A DNA stretch of 64,000 bases from Nitrosopumilus sp. Lineage in GTDB: Archaea > Thermoproteota > Nitrososphaeria > Nitrososphaerales > Nitrosopumilaceae. The position numbers were made by a program, and so were the translations under genes. The stretch spans positions 544,001 to 608,000 of the forward strand of contig OZ244651.1 of the NCBI GenBank assembly GCA_965218695.1, read 5' to 3'. Shown here piece by piece: positions 59,923 to 64,000 of this stretch. The notes below the pieces were generated by a model. It ran no database searches and was not told where the DNA came from. It worked only from the letters and a program-made list of their open reading frames with translations. Position 1 is the first letter of the stretch; the number at the start of each line of letters is the position of its first letter.

Positions 59923-60810
59923 TACGATTCGAGCATAACTACTGAGGTTGCAGACGACTATGCATGTCGCATGCCGTTTAGGATGATCGCAGACCGCATG
60001 TCGCGGTACGGAATTACACTCTCCTCGGGCACGACGCACAACATAATGCGCAGGCTGGGAGCGTCGCCGGGTACCCCGGCAGCAGCCATTGCCGCCATGA
60101 TACGCAAGGCTAGGATACTGCACGCCGACGAGACATCGATTCACCTAAACGGCCGCAACGTCTGGGTGTGGATACTGCACGATCCGCTGACCGGGCACGC
60201 GCTGTACGTGATACGGGACAGCCGGGGGGCAAAGGTTCTGAAAGAAGCGCTTGGGGGTTGGGACGGCACGTTAGTGTGCGACGGCTGGACGGCGTACGGA
60301 AAATACCGCGTCCAGCGTGTTGCTGGTCGCACATAATACGCGAGGCCAGGGACATCTGCAACCGCAATCCGGACTGCCCAGGCGCGCGCAACGTCCTGAA
60401 GCACCTGCGCATAATCTATGACTATGCCAGAAGGGCAAGCAGGAAACGCTCGCGCTCTCTCCGGGACAACGCGTCTGCCATGCTGACGTCATGCATCGAA
60501 AAGATCGTTGCAAGGTACGCCGACGATCCAATATTGGAAAAATTCATGGTCAAGATCAGCAATGCTGGCAGCGACCTGTTCCGGTTCGTGCTGAACCCAA
60601 AGATCCCGCCTACAAACAATGCTGCAGAACGCGGGTTGCGCGAGATAGTCGTGCACAGAAAGATACGGGGCAGCATAAGGGCAGAGGAGACGATGACGTG
60701 GATGGCGAATTTCTTTTCATGCGTAATGACATGGAAAAACAAGAAATTGGATTACTTGGCGGAGATTGCAAAATACGCCTAAAAATGAGTTAAACCACGT
60801 GAACACTTAC
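59923..60810 (+). mobile_element. 5'-truncated, frameshifted second copy of the 25812-28890 IS66
   Basis: Near-identical protein and DNA to 27393-28250; right end ...CCACGTGAACACTTAC; net +2 nt indel near 60316. Confidence 0.93.
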
Positions 60811-62004
60811 AATTATTCTAATGCGCGTGCTGCACACTAGGCAAGTAGCTGTGCCTGAGATCACGATCAGAAAAGTATGGAATTGTACAGGATTGATACG
60901 CGTGCACTGTCTTGCAGTGTATACGCGTTTGCTAAATACTCAAAAAACACGGATAAGCATGGAACAAGGTGATGTGATAGACTAACACCTGATTACGAAT
61001 GACTGCAAAGGCCTCTGGTGAATGGAGCTATCCAAGCTGCCAAGTTACCGTAGGCCGAGTCAAAGGATTCTAGTCCCATGGACGCAGATTCCTTACGTAT
61101 TTCACGAAAAACGACGGCAAAAGGCCTCTGGGAGGGACCCCTACAATACCCCTCCCTCTTTTTTCATGAGTGAATGTCTGGCTAATTCCAACGTAGCCAG
61201 TCATTCATTTTGTTCCCCCCCCGTGACCTTTTCCGGTTCCGGCGGCCGGATCCCTCGTGGTTGCAACCATCACATGCCACAACGGCTTTGAATCTTGAAC
61301 GTTGGGCAACCGAATTGTGACAAGGTGCTTGATGCGGCGTGACCGTCACGACAATATCTGCCCAAAACATTCCTTGACGGCCAAAATCATACTCCCCTGC
61401 AGGAACCGGTGTCAGCAGATCATCGAGAACACAACACCGGAGCAGCTTGGCTGCGTGCTAGAGGCGCTAAAAGCGCCGGCAAGACAGGTTAGGCAGCCAC
61501 AGGTCGTGGCAGACGACGCGCGCGCAGAGACCCTGACAGGATCGGAATGCCGGTTCGTGGGCAACCTGCCAAGCGGCAAGGTCGTGCCGGAGAGAAACGC
61601 GGACTGACAAGAGTGGACCGATCCTCCGGCATCCCTACATCGGGGAGCCAAAAAGGATCGGAAACTACAGTGGAAGCGGGTCTAAAGGGATTCGGCCTGT
61701 ATTGTTACCTTTTTTAGGTTCCATTGTGCATGTAAAACCATCTGTGGTTAGTCACCGACTCGTTCCGCCCATTCACTTCGACAGAGCATTCTTCGCCAAG
61801 GCAATTAGGCTGCTCAGGATGCTTGGAAGCAACCGCAGCAGGAAGGCGGAGCCACTACAGTAAATTTCCTAATAGATGCTGCAAGAAAGCACCTTGCGAG
61901 CTCCGGCCAATTCCGGCAGGAACCACACCAAGTACATGATCCTGTTGAAAGGCAGCACCATGGACGTGTACTCATATGCATGCCATAGCAGGCGCCCAGA
62001 CCAT

Positions 62005-63114
62005 AGAACTGATTCGTAATTAGCCCATTCGTCGTAGGCGGCAACCTGGGGAAGACAGTAAGATCAAAATATCGTCCGATCCAGCAGATTGCATGTTATC
62101 GTATGCCAAACTGTCAGGAAACGCCAGGCGTTTCAAGACCATCATGGGAATGTCACTCCAGGAATTCGATTTGTTGCTCGCAAAAGTGGAGAAGACACAC
62201 CCCGAGACGGAGAGGGATAGGCTCTCCAAGAGGCCCCGAAAGCGCGCAATCGGGGCCGGGCGCAGGTTCGCGCTTGACCTGCACGGCCGCGTGATGCTCC
62301 TCCTGTTCTACTACCGGACGTATGTCACACAGGACGTGGCAGCCGAGGTCTTCGGAGTCGGCCAGGCCACGGTGTCGCGCTCCATAGACCAGATCGCCCC
62401 CGTGGTCAGGCAGTGCATCCCGCTACCAGCCAGGATCCACGACAGGGCAAAGAGGGCCTCGACTATTGAGGAGCTTGAGGAGATCCTTCCCGGCCTCCGG
62501 TGCCTCATTGACGCCTCCGAGCAGCAGGTACAGAGGCCCAAGCGGAAGGACATGGAAAAGTCCCACTATTCTGGCAAGGCCGGGAGGCACACGGCCAAGG
62601 TACAGTACGCCGTGAACGCAAACGGCCTGATCGTCCACAACACGAGGCACTCCCCGGGACGAGTCCACGACGTCAGGGTGTACCGGATGAAGCACCCGAC
62701 GTTTCCATCCGGCCTGCCGTCCCGGGACGGGCCTGACGGCAAGGGGGAGAAGGCAAGGGTGCGGGCCTATGTGGACAGGGGTTACCCCGGGGCGCAGAAG
62801 ATGTACGAAGGGGTGGAAGTGCTGGCGCCGATCAGGAAAAAGCCCGGAAAAAAGCTCACTGACGCAGAAAAGGCATCCAACAAGGCGCACTCCCGGATCC
62901 GCGTCTACGTGGAGCACGCCATCCGAAAAGTCAAGACGTGGCGGATAATGGGTGACAGGTACCGGAACCCGCTGAAAAAGTACGACCGGATCAACGATGT
63001 CGTCTGCGGGCTGGTAAACCAAAGGCTGCTGTGGCTGGCAGAACGGGCAGCCTGACGGAAATGGGCCTGAAAAGTAGGGCGAACAGGCTTGGAAAATAAT
63101 AACGGATCAGGTCT
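62005..63114 (+). mobile_element. IS5-family (DDE_Tnp_4 type) element (transposase 62093-63055)
   Basis: Imperfect TIR AGA(A/C)CTGAT(T/C)CGT(A/T)ATTA, 3-bp TSD CAT; clear paralogue of the 38805 element. Confidence 0.92.
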
Positions 63115-63579
63115 CATGCGTTGCCAGATTTGCCCACATTACCGCAATTGATAAAACCAATTGCCACCGTTCCATGCTCTACAACAGTTTGCACCTATTG
63201 ATGGCCGAGAACCTGAAACGCGTGGCCGGCGGGGTGAGAAAAAGACGCTGATGCCGACTGCCTGCTAGCGTTGGCCCACAGCCACGCGTGTCACGCGTGC
63301 AACATAATGGCCAACAGCACCGATTACGATGATGGCACAAGGGGAGGAGAATGTCCTTAGCAGCTCAATATGTCAGCAACGGCACGTGTGATTGGGGGAG
63401 CGCGTCGGGCACCGGTCCCGGCATGCTCAAGATCCAAACCATCCGGGCACAAAGATGGCTTCTGACTATGGATCGCTACATTTGAGCAGAGTGTCCCTTT
63501 GCATCCAAACGTACGCGACATGGTGAAACATTCTTGCCGTAGCAACATGGCTGCCCGGACATCTTCTTAGACTTCGAAA

Positions 63580-64000
63580 TTACTTGATAACCTTCACGTA
63601 TCCGAACCTCTCGCTTTTGCTAGGCCGTTCCAGACATTTGCACTGATTGTCGAGTATGCTGTCATCTAGTGGCTTCGGCCGGTTTTTGTTCTGCTCATAC
63701 GCACGCTCTACATTGTCGAAAAACACCGCGTTTACTTTGGCATCATATAACCATCCACGACTTACATGCGCATGGCGTATCTTACGGGTCAGGTTGGTGT
63801 CATCCACCACCACGTCCTTGCCACCTTCCAGCGCTTCTGTTATCAAAATTTTCTCGATCTTCCTCTCCATTTTGGGCGAGTCTATACTTGGGCTAGAATA
63901 TCTGTCAAGTATCTCCTGACGATACACGCTGTCCCACGTCCTGATATCGTCCAAAGACACGTGGACATGGTTCGGGAATTCTTGTTTTGCCAACGTGGAC
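63580..64000 (-). CDS. P-loop kinase (AAA_33 / polynucleotide-kinase-like), 5'-partial
   Basis: STLAK (end of Walker A) at the window edge, VSLDDIR, VVDDTNL...R, N..R lid, LERPS..E.F. Confidence 0.8.
   Translation of the reverse strand, partial: STLAKQEFPNHVHVSLDDIRTWDSVYRQEILDRYSSPSIDSPKMERKIEKILITEALEGGKDVVVDDTNLTRKIRHAHVSRGWLYDAKVNAVFFDNVERAYEQNKNRPKPLDDSILDNQCKCLERPSKSERFGYVKVIK

Noticed and set aside
61770-61830. Possible old ISH3 remnant (FDRAFF..AIRLL)
   Set aside because: A single weak motif with no TIRs found.

Overview
This is archaeal DNA of Nitrososphaerota (Nitrosopumilaceae-like) affinity. The TBP, PCNA, aIF-1A and L15e proteins resemble ammonia-oxidising-archaeon homologues, and the mostly GC-rich backbone with a very high IS load suggests a host-associated lineage (inference). 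The window does not look like an ordinary syntenic chromosome segment. It mixes five components. (1) Isolated information-processing genes: TBP, a divergent TFB, PCNA, Mre11-Rad50, a second broken Rad50, aIF-1A, L15e and a tRNA-Arg with a damaged acceptor stem. (2) Dispersed type IV pilus parts (TadC/ArlJ-type platform, pilin, prepilin peptidase, a second truncated pilin) together with conjugation-type membrane proteins (VirB6/TrbL-like with a pilin-type signal, PrgI/VirB3-like) and two large surface proteins. (3) Several restriction-modification and methyltransferase genes and AT-rich islands. (4) Many tiny Cys-rich or 2-TM genes, most with their own TTTTA-box 26-27 nt before the start codon. 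(5) About 13 insertion sequences (IS66, IS5, ISH3, IS3, IS630), several nested. My best overall hypothesis is part of a large, possibly conjugative, mobile element (megaplasmid or ICE) of an ammonia-oxidising archaeon. A heavily rearranged symbiont chromosome cannot be excluded. A notable non-coding feature is a pair of covarying 40-42 bp palindromes just downstream of PCNA. All family calls come from motif recognition by eye; no database searches were run.
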